From assembly GCF_036321535.1 (NCBI RefSeq), contig NC_087436.1, forward strand, positions 4,526,001 through 4,590,000: a DNA stretch of 64,000 nt, given 5' to 3'. The DNA comes from Camelus dromedarius. Lineage: Eukaryota. Below are positions 51,590 through 64,000 of the stretch, piece after piece. The notes under the pieces were generated by a model, which saw only the letters and a program-made list of their open reading frames with translations, ran no database searches and was not told the origin of the DNA. How positions within the stretch are numbered: position 1 is the stretch's first letter; each line of letters begins with the position of its first letter. The position numbers and the translations under genes were made by a program.

Positions 51590-51922
51590 GTAGCGGGGGA
51601 GGGAGTCTTCCCTGGGCGGGGGAGCCGCTTTCCCCGCCCGCGCGCCCCGTCAGGTCTGGGTGGAGGGCGGGCCGTCGCGACCTCAGCGCGTGGCTGCCCG
51701 CTGTCCAGCCTGGAATCGCTCGGAATCTGTGCAGAAACCGATGATTCCGTGCAAGGACCGCCACCGCGCCCTCCCCAGAGAGTAAGTGGGTGGGGGTGGG
51801 GCCCCGGGGAAAAGGGGCGTGTCGAGGTCAGTGAACTGACACTTGACCATGAACACTGAGTAGATTCAGCATGAGACGGACCAAAGTGTAACTCGTCTGG
51901 GGAGGATGTATCCTTCCATCTG

Positions 51923-52054
51923 AATGTTTGGTTTTGTTTATTGGAGGGGGGAGGTAATTAGATTTGTTTATTTATTTAATGGAGGTACCGGGGATTGAAC
52001 CCAGGACCTTGTGCCTGATAGGCAGGTCCTCTGCCACTGAGCTCTACCCTCCCT
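51923..52054 (-). mobile_element. tRNA-Ala-derived SINE (Vic-1 type)
   Basis: Same core; flanked by direct repeat CATCTG (51917-51922 / 52055-52060). Confidence 0.85.
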
Positions 52055-54960
52055 CATCTGTAAAAGCAAAGGAGTGTGAGGAGTATACAAATTGCCTTGT
52101 GCCAAGTGAATTCAGTACAGAGTCAGTGTGATATTTTTCATGGCCAGTAACAGACACCAGGCCACCTGCTTAAGGTGTTCTTGTACAGAGGCCAAGGGCA
52201 GAAACATCGGGACAGGGAGGTCTGTCTTCAAATCATTTCTTCTACCTTACTTGCCTTGTAAGTGGAGAACGTTAAGTAACCTTTCTCATTTCTAGAGCAG
52301 AGAAAATAATATACACCCACAGAATTTATATCTGTGGTCCATCAGTCAGCAGGGTTTGTTGAGTGCCTTCGAGGTACCAGCCATCATTCTAGGCACTTGG
52401 GATGTACAGAGAGCTAATGAAGAGATCTCATGTTCTTCCTGTTTCTTTAGAAGTGAAACTTTTTTTTTTTTTTTACTGATTTAAAAGTATTTTGCATTAT
52501 TCTCAATATTGGTGTTGAGAATAAAGCATGCTTCTCATATATGTGGTTTGAATCATCTTTTAATTGGCCACATAAAAATCTGGCATTTCAGAGCTTAAGC
52601 CAACATGAAATAAATAGATTATTGAAGAACAAACAAAAATTATTTATGGGAATATATAAGCCCCAATCTAGATGCTCAAAGTAAAACTTTCCTTTTTAAA
52701 AATTTCTAACAGGAAATTCCAGGCAGAGCTATGATTCCCTTGGGGGGAAAAAAAAGAGGGCCTTGTATAATTACAGATAAAATAATTGGCTTCAGTTAGG
52801 TTCAGCTTGGTGGCCTCTTGTGGAATTTGCTGTATTTATCTGTAGACAGTTTACGCCTTGAGGATGTCTCCTCTCTGGGAACTGTGGTTAGGAAGTCTTA
52901 CTGTCTTTGGCAGACTGCTATGATTGCCAGCACAAGCAGCCACTTCTAGAAGTTTCACCTTGCTGACACTTTAAAAAACGCGGTCATTCCTCTCAAGTGT
53001 TTGGAATCTGTCCTTGCTGCAAGGCTGGAAGCCCCAGAATCCGCTGGTTGGCTCGGCATCCGGAGCGGGTGCGTCTGTCTGTCCGCATCTCACCTCCTCT
53101 GCTCTCTGACTTTGCAGAACACCTGGAGCGGTTGTAGGTAAACAAGGATGGGTCTTGACCTTGGAATAAGCAAACTCAAGATACAAGGAATGTTCACCAT
53201 AGGCTGACCTGTGGGGGTGATGGCTTCCAGGAGCAGTCAGTTTCTTGTTTCTTCCAGTACCTGGTGGTACCGGGACTTTGTTCCGTTTCATTTTTTTTTC
53301 TGTCTTTCAATCTTTTGGTCATTTTTTCTGCTTATTTCCGTATTTACATATCTGTTGTTTTAGCAAATACCTACCGGTCGTCCAGCATTTGCCCGCATGG
53401 TGGGTACAGTCCCTGTGAGGGGGGTTCACATGTCCACATGTCAGGGGAGGGGCGGCACCTGGATAGGGGCACAGGACAGTTTCCTGTGACATGGTGGACA
53501 TGCGATTCCTCTCCGGTGTGTGTGGGGGGGTACAGCAGCACAGGGAACAGACTCCCAGCACCACGGAGGGGTGAGGGCGCCCCTCTCCTGACTAGTTCCA
53601 CCCACTGAGCACCTGTGATGTGTCAGCTGTTGTGCTGAGCGCTCCTTCCGTCTGCACTGGAGGAAAAGCTTCTGGAGGCACTGCTGCCTGGTTCCTCCAT
53701 GGGTGGCTGTTCTGGGCACGGGGGAGACAGGAGGTGATAAGCAGAGAGCTTGCGCTTCACGGGGCAAAGAAGGACAGAGAACAAGTGCGTAAGGTTACAG
53801 TGTTCCCGTCGCTGGGCTGCTCTGGCGGGGAAATGGGGCAGGTGTCGGGGGAGACAGCGGAAGGTCAGGGGCGAGCACTGTTCACAGACGCCGTTGGCCT
53901 GGGGAAGTGAGGGACCAGGAGGGGTGCTCCCGGCAGAGGGAGGGGAGAGCAGGTGGGGGCACGTGTGGTACGTTTGAGGGACAATCAGAGATGCTGGGAC
54001 AGAGGGAACAAGAGGGAGGATCAGGAGGCCGAGTCAGGGAGCAGCAGAAAGGCGGGCAAGAACTTCAGGGCATTTTAACGGCTGCAGCATTTATTCCAAG
54101 TGAAATAGGGAATCGCCAACTTAGCCTCCCTTTCTCACCTCCATCTTTCCATACTGGGGGCTTAGGATAAGAGTGGCGATATGATCTGATAAGTTACAGT
54201 AAATATTTAGAGGGGAAGAAAATCTCACCTGTCACTATTCGGTGGCCTATTTGTGGGTTTAAATTAACCATTAGCTTTGTACTTAGAGTCCCAGATAAAA
54301 ATCGCTGGTAACATGACATAATACTAATGTACATGAATTTGTGTAACAGCTTGACTTCCAGTAGCTTTCCAAACACCATGGTTTCTGCCTCCTGGTTTGA
54401 CATTTTGGTTTCCATACTTTGTGATTAATACTCATGTAAACAATTTATCATGGCTGTGAGGACCCCCCAAAATCCTTTTGAAAACCTCTAACCTTGTTAA
54501 CCTTGCACATCTTTACTAAATTTATCTGACATTGACTGAGTAGTGGCTTTGTTCAAAACACTGTATTTTATGCTGAGATGCTGTAAAATCATCCAATAAC
54601 TTTAAGCAATTTATTATTAATCCAAAGTACATCATTTGTTTCTACAAAGCCATTTTACATGGCGGGGAAAGAAAGGTGAAATGGCATGGTGAGTGAGTGG
54701 CAGGTCTGGGAGCTGGAACCCCTCCTGATCCTGAGTTCATGGGGCTGTGGTCCCTCTCAGCGCAGCCCATGATGCAAGGCTCAGAGACCTGTGACTTTCC
54801 TGAAGAGGAAAGCCTGTTCTTGGAGGATATGATTTACTCTGATGTTCCATTGGCCCGAACCCTGAGATTTCTGCTGTGTGCTTCTGAGTGCCCGCTCTCT
54901 GATGTGCACGGTGGTGCTTCCCAAGTGCCTGTTTTAACGTGGAAAATCTCTCATGTGCAG

Positions 54961-55104
54961 GTGGAGACCATTGGCGATGCGTACTGTGTGGCTGGGGGGT
55001 TACACAAAGAAAGCGACACTCACGCCGTCCAGATCGCGCTGATGGCCCTGAAGATGATGGAGCTCTCTGACGAAGTCATGTCGCCCCACGGGGAGCCCAT
55101 CAAG
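54961..55104 (+). CDS. GUCY1A1: GUCY1A1 coding exon 6 (144 nt; cyclase domain VETIGDAY motif)
   Basis: [48 protein letters not shown]; acceptor tgtgcag|GTG, donor AAG|gtgagg. Confidence 0.97.
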
Positions 55105-56974
55105 GTGAGGCAGCCTCGTCCTGTCGTGAGAGTCCACGTGGTTGGTCAGTGATCAGACGGGCGGTGCCCAGCGCGGGCTTGGTGGCAGAGAGCAGCGTCT
55201 CCGGCTAGGTCAAGCAGGAAGGTGTTTACCACGTGGTATTTAGTGGCTTACAGAATCGCGGAGAGGACCAAGAGTCTGTCTACACCTCGCTCGCTCAAAA
55301 AATGGGTCCCAGAGTGACACTTCAGAACCACTGCTTTCTCTGTGATCTGGTAGCTGGCTCCACAGCTCCACAGCCACAGTAGGGAAACCCTTGTGCTCAG
55401 AAAGTTGCTGTCTGTGCTGCTGGTTTCCAGGACAGAAGGGCCCCTCCTATGATTTCAACCAGCAACACAGAGATCCTGCATCATGACTCTCACAAGATGA
55501 GTGACTGGAGTCTGGGCTGCCTCTAAGCTTGCGAGAGAAAACCCAGAGGCTTCCGCAGCTGGGCTCACATGTGTAACCAGCGGAAGGGCAGGCACGGCAG
55601 AAATCCAGCTCCCAGATGTCACACAGGGTATCTGAGTCTCCAACCCTGAGTACATGCAGCAGCCTCGAGGGAGTTGGGAAAATGTAGTTTTTAGTTTTCC
55701 AATCCCAGCAGGGGAGGAATCACAGTAGGACAGAGGTGACTGCTAACCCAGTGTTTTCTAGGGCACATAAAATTCCACAATTTCTAGATGAGCCGGATCC
55801 CAGAATAATGGTGTCTCCTGCAGACGAGAAAGTCAAACTCACATGCCAGCCGTTGGTCTGCTAGGTATTACATGTGCAGAGTATTTCGATCCGTCCCACA
55901 TGTAGTGAATCTGCCACTTAATTTTTATAGAGTAGCCTCTATTGATAAACCTTCAGAAATGGGCCTTGGGAGTGATGTGGAATCCTATCTGGGGTGCTGT
56001 AAAACATAGAGAAGAAGGGAAAATGAGACGTTTAGTCCTGGTGCTCTCCAGTGTTAGTAGAAGCCACGTGTTTGAGTCTTCAGGACTGGTTTCTAAGTCA
56101 GCTGTCGTCCCACTGTGTGCTGATGTGTGATACACTCCTCTGCATTTCGAGGTCTGCGACCGCAGGCCTATCACTGTGCACTGATTCTGTGCGTTGGAAT
56201 TTGGATGAAGCCCAGCGGGGATGCCTTTTCATTCCTCACGAGACCTGGTACCCGGGCTGAGAGCAGTCAGATGGGTGAGGCCATGTGGCATGGCTGGATG
56301 GTACCCCTTGGACCAGGGACCCCTTCCAAGGTGCCTGCTTCACTCACCTGCCTGGGGCCAGAGCTGGGGGTGGCTGAGGACGGGCTCAGCTGGACTGTCG
56401 GCCCAGGTCCTTACACGTGTGCTCAGGCCCTGCAACCTCAGAGCAGTCACGCTCCTTACCTGGTGACTCACGTCCCAGGGAACCAGGTTGGTGTCAGCCA
56501 CACGATCTTTTATGACCTCGCCTAGGAGATACCCAGTGACACGTCCATTATATTCTGTTGGTCAGAGCAGTCACACACTTGCCCAACAGGAAGAGTGTGA
56601 AATAATTCTCAACTGTTTTAAAAGCATCACAGCATCTGACTTGTCCAGATGCTTAATTTCTGTAATTTTTTTAGAGGAGAATTATGTTCGTTTGTTTGTT
56701 TTTTGGTGAGGAGACTCATAACATCAAAGTAAATGCTTAAAGTATCCAGATTAAGAATCAAGCCAGGGATTTCCACATAAATGGGTTTCGTTACTAAGAT
56801 GTGTACGTTTGGGGCAGGGGGATTAGTGACATGATTTTTGATGTTTGCAGAAATGTACTTTTAGAGTTTGGCCATTGCAAGAATTATTCATAGCGAGTTT
56901 CCGAGATAATTACCTGGGTGATAATAGTTCAGCTTTACTGACCTGTAAAGGGAGACGTTAAACATACCTTTTTA

Positions 56975-57130
56975 AAATTTTTATTTATTGTCATATTATT
57001 TAATTATTTTATTTTGTCAGGGGGGGCAGGTAAAATTAAGTGTATTTTTAGAGGGAGTACTGGGGATTGAACCCAGGACCTTGTGCACGCTAAGCATGCG
57101 CTCTACCATTTGAGCTATACCCTTTCCCCA
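56975..57130 (-). mobile_element. tRNA-Ala-derived SINE (Vic-1 type)
   Basis: Same core; imperfect TSD TAAACATACCTTTT / TAAATACACCTTTT. Confidence 0.85.
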
Positions 57131-58299
57131 CTAAATACACCTTTTTATTTGTTCTGCCCTGCAGTCCTAGGGCATCTCTGAGATCCTTGGGGGGCTGTCC
57201 CTGACATGTCACAGAGACAGAAGTGCAGAGTACTTTTAGGAGAGAGAGAAACACTAATGTGTATTGTGGGGAGCAGATTGTGACTTAAATGTTGTCTTCT
57301 TTAAAATCTTTATAACAACATTAAAAGAGGAACCCACAGTTCAGACGAGAGTAGCCACGTCCCTCCTGAATCCAGACTTGGGGCCGTGTGTTTCCAGCTT
57401 CAAAGCCCAGCCTTTCACTACTTTTTACCCTCCTGCCCCATGGAATGGGGTCAAGGTGAAAGACTAGGAAATATTTCCGTTTTTTCTTTTCAAACTCTGG
57501 TTTCCCAGCCTGTCATCTGTACAGACCATATGCCCACTTACTCCGGCTGATCCCTCACTCACATCCCCCCTGAGGCTTAGAAACCCCTGGGGGGACTCGT
57601 GCTGGAGACCAGGGGGCGAGGACAGCAGAGCGAGTCAGGGAGCTTGGAAAGGCACTCGGGGCCCTCCTCCCGTTCCCTAAAGCCTGCCATGAGGAGGGGG
57701 TTACGTCGAAAGTGGCCCCCAAGTGGGAGGTACTCCCAGCAAGTGTCCATTCGAGGCATGATGTGTATCTTAAACGTTGCACCATTTTCATGCTTGTAAA
57801 TCTGAATGGTTCCCTGACAAGAACACTTTGAGTTGAGAGTGAACCTCAAGACTGGGAAAGGATGGCGGGGTGGGGATGAGAGGAACCAGAGGGGCACTGG
57901 CTTTATCTGCATTGTAGTTCACATGTTTACGAGGAGGATGTATTTCTATATTAATCATGCAGTAGAAACATTAAAATTTTATGACAAATTTGTCAAATTC
58001 AAAGGTGGAATAGCTAAGTGTGAAGAGAGAAGCTGGTGCCAAAGAGAGTAAAATCTAAAATTGTGCCAGATGTTTATAAGCAGAAGATAGCCTCTGGTCA
58101 TCATTCTTGTTCATTTGTTTCTATTGTTTGTTATATTGTTTACATGTAAAACCATATTCTCCTAAGGAAGAAGCCAGATGTCATAAAACAGCTGTGTTTT
58201 TGTGCTTGGCGTAAAGCTTTGGTGAAGGAGGGAGATGGAAATTATCCAATCCTGCGCTTTATAGACGAGGAAAGAGCGCTAGGGAAATGAAGGAACGTA

Positions 58300-58570
58300 C
58301 AGACAGTCAGACTCACAGATGCAGAGAACAAGTCAGTGCCCGCCAGAGGGAAGGGGTGACGGGGGAGAAGTCGGGGTAGGCGGGTAAGAGGCCCAAACCA
58401 CTAGGTATGAAATATAAGTAAGTTACAGGGATGTGATGCACAGCACAGGAAATAGCTAATGTTCTATAAGGACTGTAGGTGGAGTACAGAATATAAACTA
58501 TTGAATAACTATGCTGTACACCTGAAAATCATATAACATTGTAAGTCAAGTGTACTTCCACTTAAAAAAA
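58300..58570 (+). mobile_element. L1 3' fragment
   Basis: CAGACTCACAGATGCAGAGAACAAG...GTACACCTGAAA...GTAAGTCAAGTGTACTTC + A-tail. Confidence 0.7.
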
Positions 58571-59668
58571 GGCAGACTGCTGGTTATTCCTAATACAACT
58601 CTCCTGATTCACTGCCTAGTGCTTCTGTTGGAAAGTTTCGCAGAATTCATGATTTGACGTGTTACAAGCAAATGATTCTCAAAAGTTTCTAGAAGAGCTC
58701 TGAAATCAACTGAAAAACTAAGGAGACTGCAGTTTTCGGATTTCTAAATTATATCTAAGCTCCTGAGTACTTAGCCTTTGTTCAAAATACGCATCTCTAA
58801 TAAGACTTTAAAAAAATGGTCAACTGAACATGGAACTCGGAAATAATGCACATGGTGTCCGATTGTTGTTTAAAACGTCCCGCTTTCACTTGCTTTGTTG
58901 TAGCAGGAATTTAGCAGCTAGTGCATCCTCTGGGATCCTCAAGCGCTCAGATCTTCTAGGAGATCCCGGTTGAAAACAGTCCGCCTTGATTGCTCTGCAG
59001 ATCGTTGATAACTTCCAGGATCCCTACACCGCAGTGTATCCTGGCTGCCTCTCGCACCCAGACCCGGCCCGACTGTGCTTTCCGTGGGTCTGGACTTTCT
59101 TAGCTCACATGTACACAGTCACTGAAGGCCAGGCCTCGGCAACCCCAGCTTTCTGCTGCTTCCTGAAATATTACAATACGCTTTCTCCGCTTGTTGGTCA
59201 TTTAAATAGGGAGGAAGTTTGGCATAAAGTTCTTTGAAAGCAAGATACCTAAAAGCCCCGTTCTCTGTATCCCCAGAGCTAGCTCGTTACCTGCCTCTGA
59301 CAGTGTTTCAGGAATAACTTCTGGGCTCCAGAAGTCTTGTCTCCCTCACCTGAGGAACAGAAGAGTTTACAGAAACGGTCCATGGACGCGGTGTCTGGTT
59401 GCTATGGTGACTGTGATGGGTGTGTGGGATTTTGGTTCAGATGCTGAAGACAGTGGAGAGAAAGCTGCCCTGGGTAACAGCCCTAAGGACATACACGGAG
59501 AAGGGTTACAGGTGTGACTGACCCTCACTAGTCGCTGCTGATCGGAAGTGAGGAGGAGCGGAGGTGCGAGCGAGGAGTCAGTCAGTCAGACAGGGCACTC
59601 ACACAGCTGCGACGAGGGGGCGTGTGTTACCAGTGACCAGGAACACTGTGCTCCTTTTTTGCTTTCAG

Positions 59669-59823
59669 ATGCGAATTGGACTGCATTCCGGGTCAGTTTT
59701 TGCTGGAGTTGTTGGGGTTAAAATGCCCCGTTACTGTCTCTTCGGGAACAATGTCACCTTGGCGAACAAATTCGAGTCGTGCAGTGTGCCGCGGAAAATC
59801 AACGTGAGCCCCACCACGTACAG
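59669..59823 (+). CDS. GUCY1A1: GUCY1A1 coding exon 7 (155 nt; cyclase domain); CDS continues beyond the window
   Basis: [52 protein letters not shown]; acceptor ttttttgctttcag|ATG, donor CAG|gtactg; no terminal exon recognised in 59824-64000. Confidence 0.96.
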
Positions 59824-60349
59824 GTACTGCAGCCCCCAGCGCCCGAGGTCTGCTCATCTCATTTACCTCCGCTTGTCGCTGTCCCATCGGTTTGTTTCAC
59901 TCTTCGTACCTTCCTCTCGCTTAGGTAACCTTAAAGGAAAAGAGAAGCAGTAACTCTTATCATCCTGGCTTTAACCTTCTGTCAACTATTCATTTGCCTC
60001 GGGAGAACGCCTCTCCTGAGGTGTCTGTCGCCAGGCTGTGACCCCTGATGCGCATCCTGCCTTCCCCGTTTCAAGGCGTGTTACTTCTCACACTGCCCGG
60101 ACAGGTGTCCTGCAGTACAACTCTGGCACTCACTTCCCAGAGTTAGCACCCACCCGTTAGAGGGCGTGGTCCCCCACAAGAATGCCCTTAATTCAGGTGC
60201 CTGCTGTGGAAACTTTGGTTTTAAAAATCCAACTGTCATGGAAATCCTCGAAGGGCAAAAAAACTGTTCCAGATCGATATGGTCACTGACTTACCTCAGG
60301 CAAGTTCACCTTTCTGTTCTCAGAGGTGACAGTCCTAGAGCACCTTCTT

Positions 60350-61800
60350 TCTCATTAAAGCCCCAACCACCTTTCCTGTCCTTTCCTGTCCGGCCCCGAC
60401 TGTAAGTTGAAGATCTCACTTTCTATTCCTCAGCAAAAAGAGATTACCATCTGCTAAGAACCACGCCACCTTCACCCTCAGATCCCATAGACAGAGCTGC
60501 CTGCACTGTCTTAGGTCCTGGTACCTGTTACGGGGGCTGCGGCCCCCTGGTTTTGCTCCAAGTACCATTTCCTCTCACCTCCTTGAAAACCTGTTCTCTT
60601 GAAAGTATCAGCCTTCTCCATGACCAGTTTCTCCAATGAAATGATTATTCCCATCAAACTACGGACGCATCTGACTATTACACCTCCTTAAAGACGGTGT
60701 CTTCCTTGTCTCCAACTCTGTCTCAGGCATCTCCCTATGTGCCCACTCCTTTCCCAGCAAAACTCCTTCTAAGGTTTGTCTACGCTCAGTGCTTCTCCTT
60801 GCTCACCCTCATTCCCTCTTCTGTGCACCCCACTCGGAGGTCCCTACACTTCACTGACATGGTTCCTACCAGGATCATCCATGTTCCTTGCTGAAATCTG
60901 GGCAGTTCTCTGTTCTCATCTTCCTCAGCATCTCGGAATCTGTTGACTTGATGTGAAGTTCCCTCCTGCAAACATTTTCTTCTCTGGGCTTTCGTGACCA
61001 CTTCACCTGGTTTCCTAGTTACCCCGTGGCTGCACCTTCTCGGTGTCTCCTGTTGGTTCTCTGTCCACACTAGACCTTTGAAGGTTGTGCTGTCGAGAGC
61101 TCAGTCCCTGTTCTACCTGGGTCCTAACTTTTTGATGGTTCAGTTTTTATCTCTAGCCCATTCTGTAATTCTCCACTGAGTTTCAGACTCATATTTTCTG
61201 TTCTGTCCTTGTGCTCTGGTGACTAATTGATGAGTTACAATCAATGTGACCATGTTAGAACAAGTGATTCCCACACTCACCCTGACAGAATCCACTTCCC
61301 ACCAGCCAAACTTCATCCGTCTCCAGCATCAGTCTCAGACGGTAAACCTCGGCGCCATCATCCCTTCCTCCATGTCACGTCCAACCCCCTCCACTTACAA
61401 CTGATACCCTGCATGCAGCTTTTCCCACCTCCCTCGGTGCCACACCCAAGCCACCCTTCGCTCTCCAGCCTAAGCCTCTCAGCCTCACCTCAGTCTGAGC
61501 CCCGCTTGCTTCCTCAGAAGCCTTGTCCCCGCCGTTCACCCTCCACCCAAGAGCCAGGGGAGCTTCCTAAAGGATGTCAGATCTCGTCAACCCCGCAGTA
61601 ATAGCCCTCCAATGGCGTCCCATTGCCACCAGAATGAAATTAAACCTGTAACCACAGACCGAAGAGTCTGCTTTGATCAGGATCCCGCGACCCTCTGATG
61701 TCCTGCAACCCTGGCCTTAGTTTTCCCATCAGACTTGGTAAACCGGTTCCTGAATCAGAGATACTTGCTGTCTCTTTACCTGTTTCCCTTTGTCACCCTC
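60350..61800. mobile_element. Degenerate L2 LINE fragment
   Basis: C/T-rich tract with L2-like motifs (CCCTCCTGCAAACATTTTCTTCTCTGGGCTTTCGTGAC; CCCTCCAATGGCGTCCCATTGC); boundaries approximate. Confidence 0.55.
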
Positions 61801-61985
61801 TCCGCTCGTACCTGAGTCGAAATGGTTCGTCAAGTCAGAGCAAGTTCAGAATCCCGTGAGACGTTGTACAAATACTAAAGGGAATTCTTTCTCTGGACAG
61901 CTTTATGGGTAATACGCTGAATCCTGGGATGGCATTTCTCAGTAACATGACATTAGGAAGCGTCACTCCCCTCATACTTTTTTGA

Positions 61986-62531
61986 TGTTGCCGAGTCCAA
62001 ACTCGTTCTGCTCGCTGCACGGCAGGCCAGTAAATTAGGAGACAAGGTGTTGGGGCAAGGAATAGCGACTTCATTCAGAAAGCCGGCAGACCGAGAGGAT
62101 GGCAGACTACTGTCTTGCAGAACCATCCTGCTACAGCCAGAATATGGGCTCCTTTTATTAAAAAAACAAAAACAAAAACAAAAAAACGGGAAGGGGTGTG
62201 GTTGGTTGTTGGAAACCTCTTGGTGTGGGAATTCTTTGTTCCTGCAGCCATCCTGGGGGGGGTCAGGCCATGGTGCTCCTGCAAAACCTCCAGCAAAACA
62301 AAGGCCACCCTCTATTCTGCAACTTGTTATCCTTATATAAGTGTAGAAAGTGTTAATACCCTGAAAGGTCAGAGCCTTGAGAACATGCTCTCCTGTTTAC
62401 CAGACAGGCTAAAGGCAACATTCTTTTACAAAAGGTGCAGAGCTAGCAAGACTAAACCCAGAAAAAAGGGCTCAGTGGTTAAAATCAAAGGAACAGATCC
62501 AATAGAGTCAGATCTGTTCTGCTCTGTTACA
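61986..62531 (-). mobile_element. Solo LTR (ERV1-like) in the last visible intron
   Basis: Minus strand TGTAACAGAGCAGAAC...GGCAACA, 546 bp, AATAAA on the minus strand near 62153-62158, near-TSD TTGA/GTGA. Confidence 0.75.
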
Positions 62532-63188
62532 GTGAGACACGTGTAAATTTAGGACGGGTACCCACACCAAAAAATACCCAGACCTTCAAAGTCCACGTCC
62601 AAATTCTCATCGGTAATTTAGAACGTAGCAGGTGTAATGACAGCTACACATTCCTTTCTTTTCAGTGTCATGAGGGGTTTTAGTTTAGGGGACAATTTTC
62701 TGCATTTTTGTTACTGAGGGACGGAAAACTCACAAGAGACTAGGTTCTATGTTGCGTGAGTTTCGAGTCAGTGGGTTAACGAGAGGTTTGGGTGGTGAGC
62801 GATCAGGAGAGACAACATTGGCAGGTGGAGGTGTAAATGGAGGCTGCCTGGTGGGCGGGGGGGGGGCGCTGACCTAGAACTCCTCTCTCTGAGGACATAG
62901 CCCCCAGAGGCAGGGCGTGGATTCCTTAGGGGAACAAGGAGAATGAAGGGCCCATAGGAGAGCAGGTGCAGGCGTTTGGGGAAAATGGTGCCCGGTCATG
63001 AGCGGGTAAGGAGAAACCGCCCCACCACACGTGAGCATTTGCACCGGGACTGCCGTCAGGCTTTCGTCGAAATGGTTTCATTTTTCTGACCTGTTTCTCT
63101 TCCAAATCCGCATCTTCTTTAGAAGCTGATTTAATGAACATTTCTAACTCCGTGACACTCCAGTTATGTTTAAAAGCACAGGCTTTGT

Positions 63189-63365
63189 GGGGAAGGGTGT
63201 AGCTGAGTGGTAGAGTGCCTGCTTAGCATGCGTGAGGTGCTGTGTTCAACCCCCAGTGCCTCCACTAAAAATAAATGAACCTAATTATCCCCACCTACTC
63301 TCACCAAAATACAAGAGTTAAATAATACAATGGCAAATAAATAAATATTTTTAAAAATTAAAAAA
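63189..63365 (+). mobile_element. tRNA-Ala-derived SINE (Vic-1 type)
   Basis: GGGGAAGGGTGTAGCTGAGTGGTAGAGTGCCTGCTTAGCATG...; imperfect TSD TAAAAGCACAGGCTTTGT / TAAAAGCATGGGATTTAT. Confidence 0.85.
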
Positions 63366-64000
63366 TAAAAGCATGGGATTTATAGTCAGAAGTGTGTCCT
63401 GCAATGTGAAATACAGGGCTTACCAGATGTGCAGTTCCAAGCAAGGCATTTAATAAATTCAGAGGGTAGTTTTAAAGCCACTGGTAAGATCTCCAGGTAG
63501 AAAAATAAAACCAGAGAAAAATAGATGCCCACTCAGCCTTTCTGCATCCTTTTGCAACTTGCCTTGAATCCACCCGATATTATGGTTTTGAGATTTTTTT
63601 TTTCTTAATGAAATGTAAATCTTATTTATTTATTTAAACTATTCTGAGTGCAGTGGTATGCTGGGAAGGCAGCTTTGGGGAGTGAAGTGGATAATCTCCA
63701 ATTTCTCGCGTTTACCGATTTTTAAAGTGTAGATACACTCACCATGGCAGGTTACAGGCTCCCGATGGTTTTTGTGGCTTGACAGATTACCAGTGTTTGA
63801 CAGTTGTCACGGGCCATATGAGACAAATCCAGCAAGTCACATGTGCATGCCAGGTAAGGTGTATTCCAGGGTATAAATAAGACTGTCTTCAGTCCATGCT
63901 TACTGGAGGATATCCGGCTATTAGTTGTTACAAAACGTGATTGGGTAAATATACATACGTCTCTAGATAATACACCTATAAATGGTGTCCTAGGTCCTGG

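Noticed and set aside
48916..51764. Antisense and alternate-frame ORFs over the large exons
   Set aside because: Shadows of the extreme GC3 of the real GUCY1A1 frame.
51590..51859. In-frame ORF extensions past splice donors (also 37754-37792, 55105-55152, 59824-59953)
   Set aside because: Intron read-through beyond canonical GT donors with no similarity to sGC; no evidence for retained-intron isoforms from sequence alone.
59824..64000. Terminal GUCY1A1 exon or start of GUCY1B1
   Set aside because: No sequence encoding the expected LLKDCPGFVFTPR-like C-terminus was found; these lie beyond the window, so there is no evidence of truncation.
1..64000. CRISPR array, operon, phage or defence system
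   Set aside because: Eukaryotic intron-exon locus; no regularly spaced repeat-spacer array and no long prokaryote-like ORFs.

Overview
Mammalian genomic DNA, very probably camelid (camel/alpaca/llama): it carries seven copies of a tRNA-Ala(AGC)-derived SINE of the Vic-1 type and an artiodactyl-type Tigger1 derivative. It holds most of one + strand gene, GUCY1A1 (GUCY1A3, soluble guanylate cyclase alpha-1). There is a CpG-island promoter at ~12.7-14.15 kb with probable non-coding exons, and seven coding exons (37490-37753, 43783-43844, 47174-47232, 48839-49554, 51104-51589, 54961-55104, 59669-59823). These splice GT-AG in frame to 1886 nt; the last coding exon lies beyond the window. The rest is intron/intergenic DNA with SINEs, L1/L2 fragments, ERV/MaLR LTRs, a Tigger element and microsatellites. 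I see no prokaryote-type system, CRISPR array or new gene. Three observations stand out. (i) Local GC saturation of coding exons: 162 of 162 codons of one exon end in G/C versus 4 of 19 in a nearby exon, with GC-ward amino-acid changes, suggesting GC-biased gene conversion. (ii) Apparent loss of the alpha1 Cys243/244 redox site. (iii) A ~1.5 kb quasi-palindrome of two independently inserted, oppositely oriented solo LTRs ~5 kb upstream of the promoter, whose inner arms are much more alike than the outer arms. Comparisons with human/rat sGC and repeat-family names come from memory and need alignment checks.
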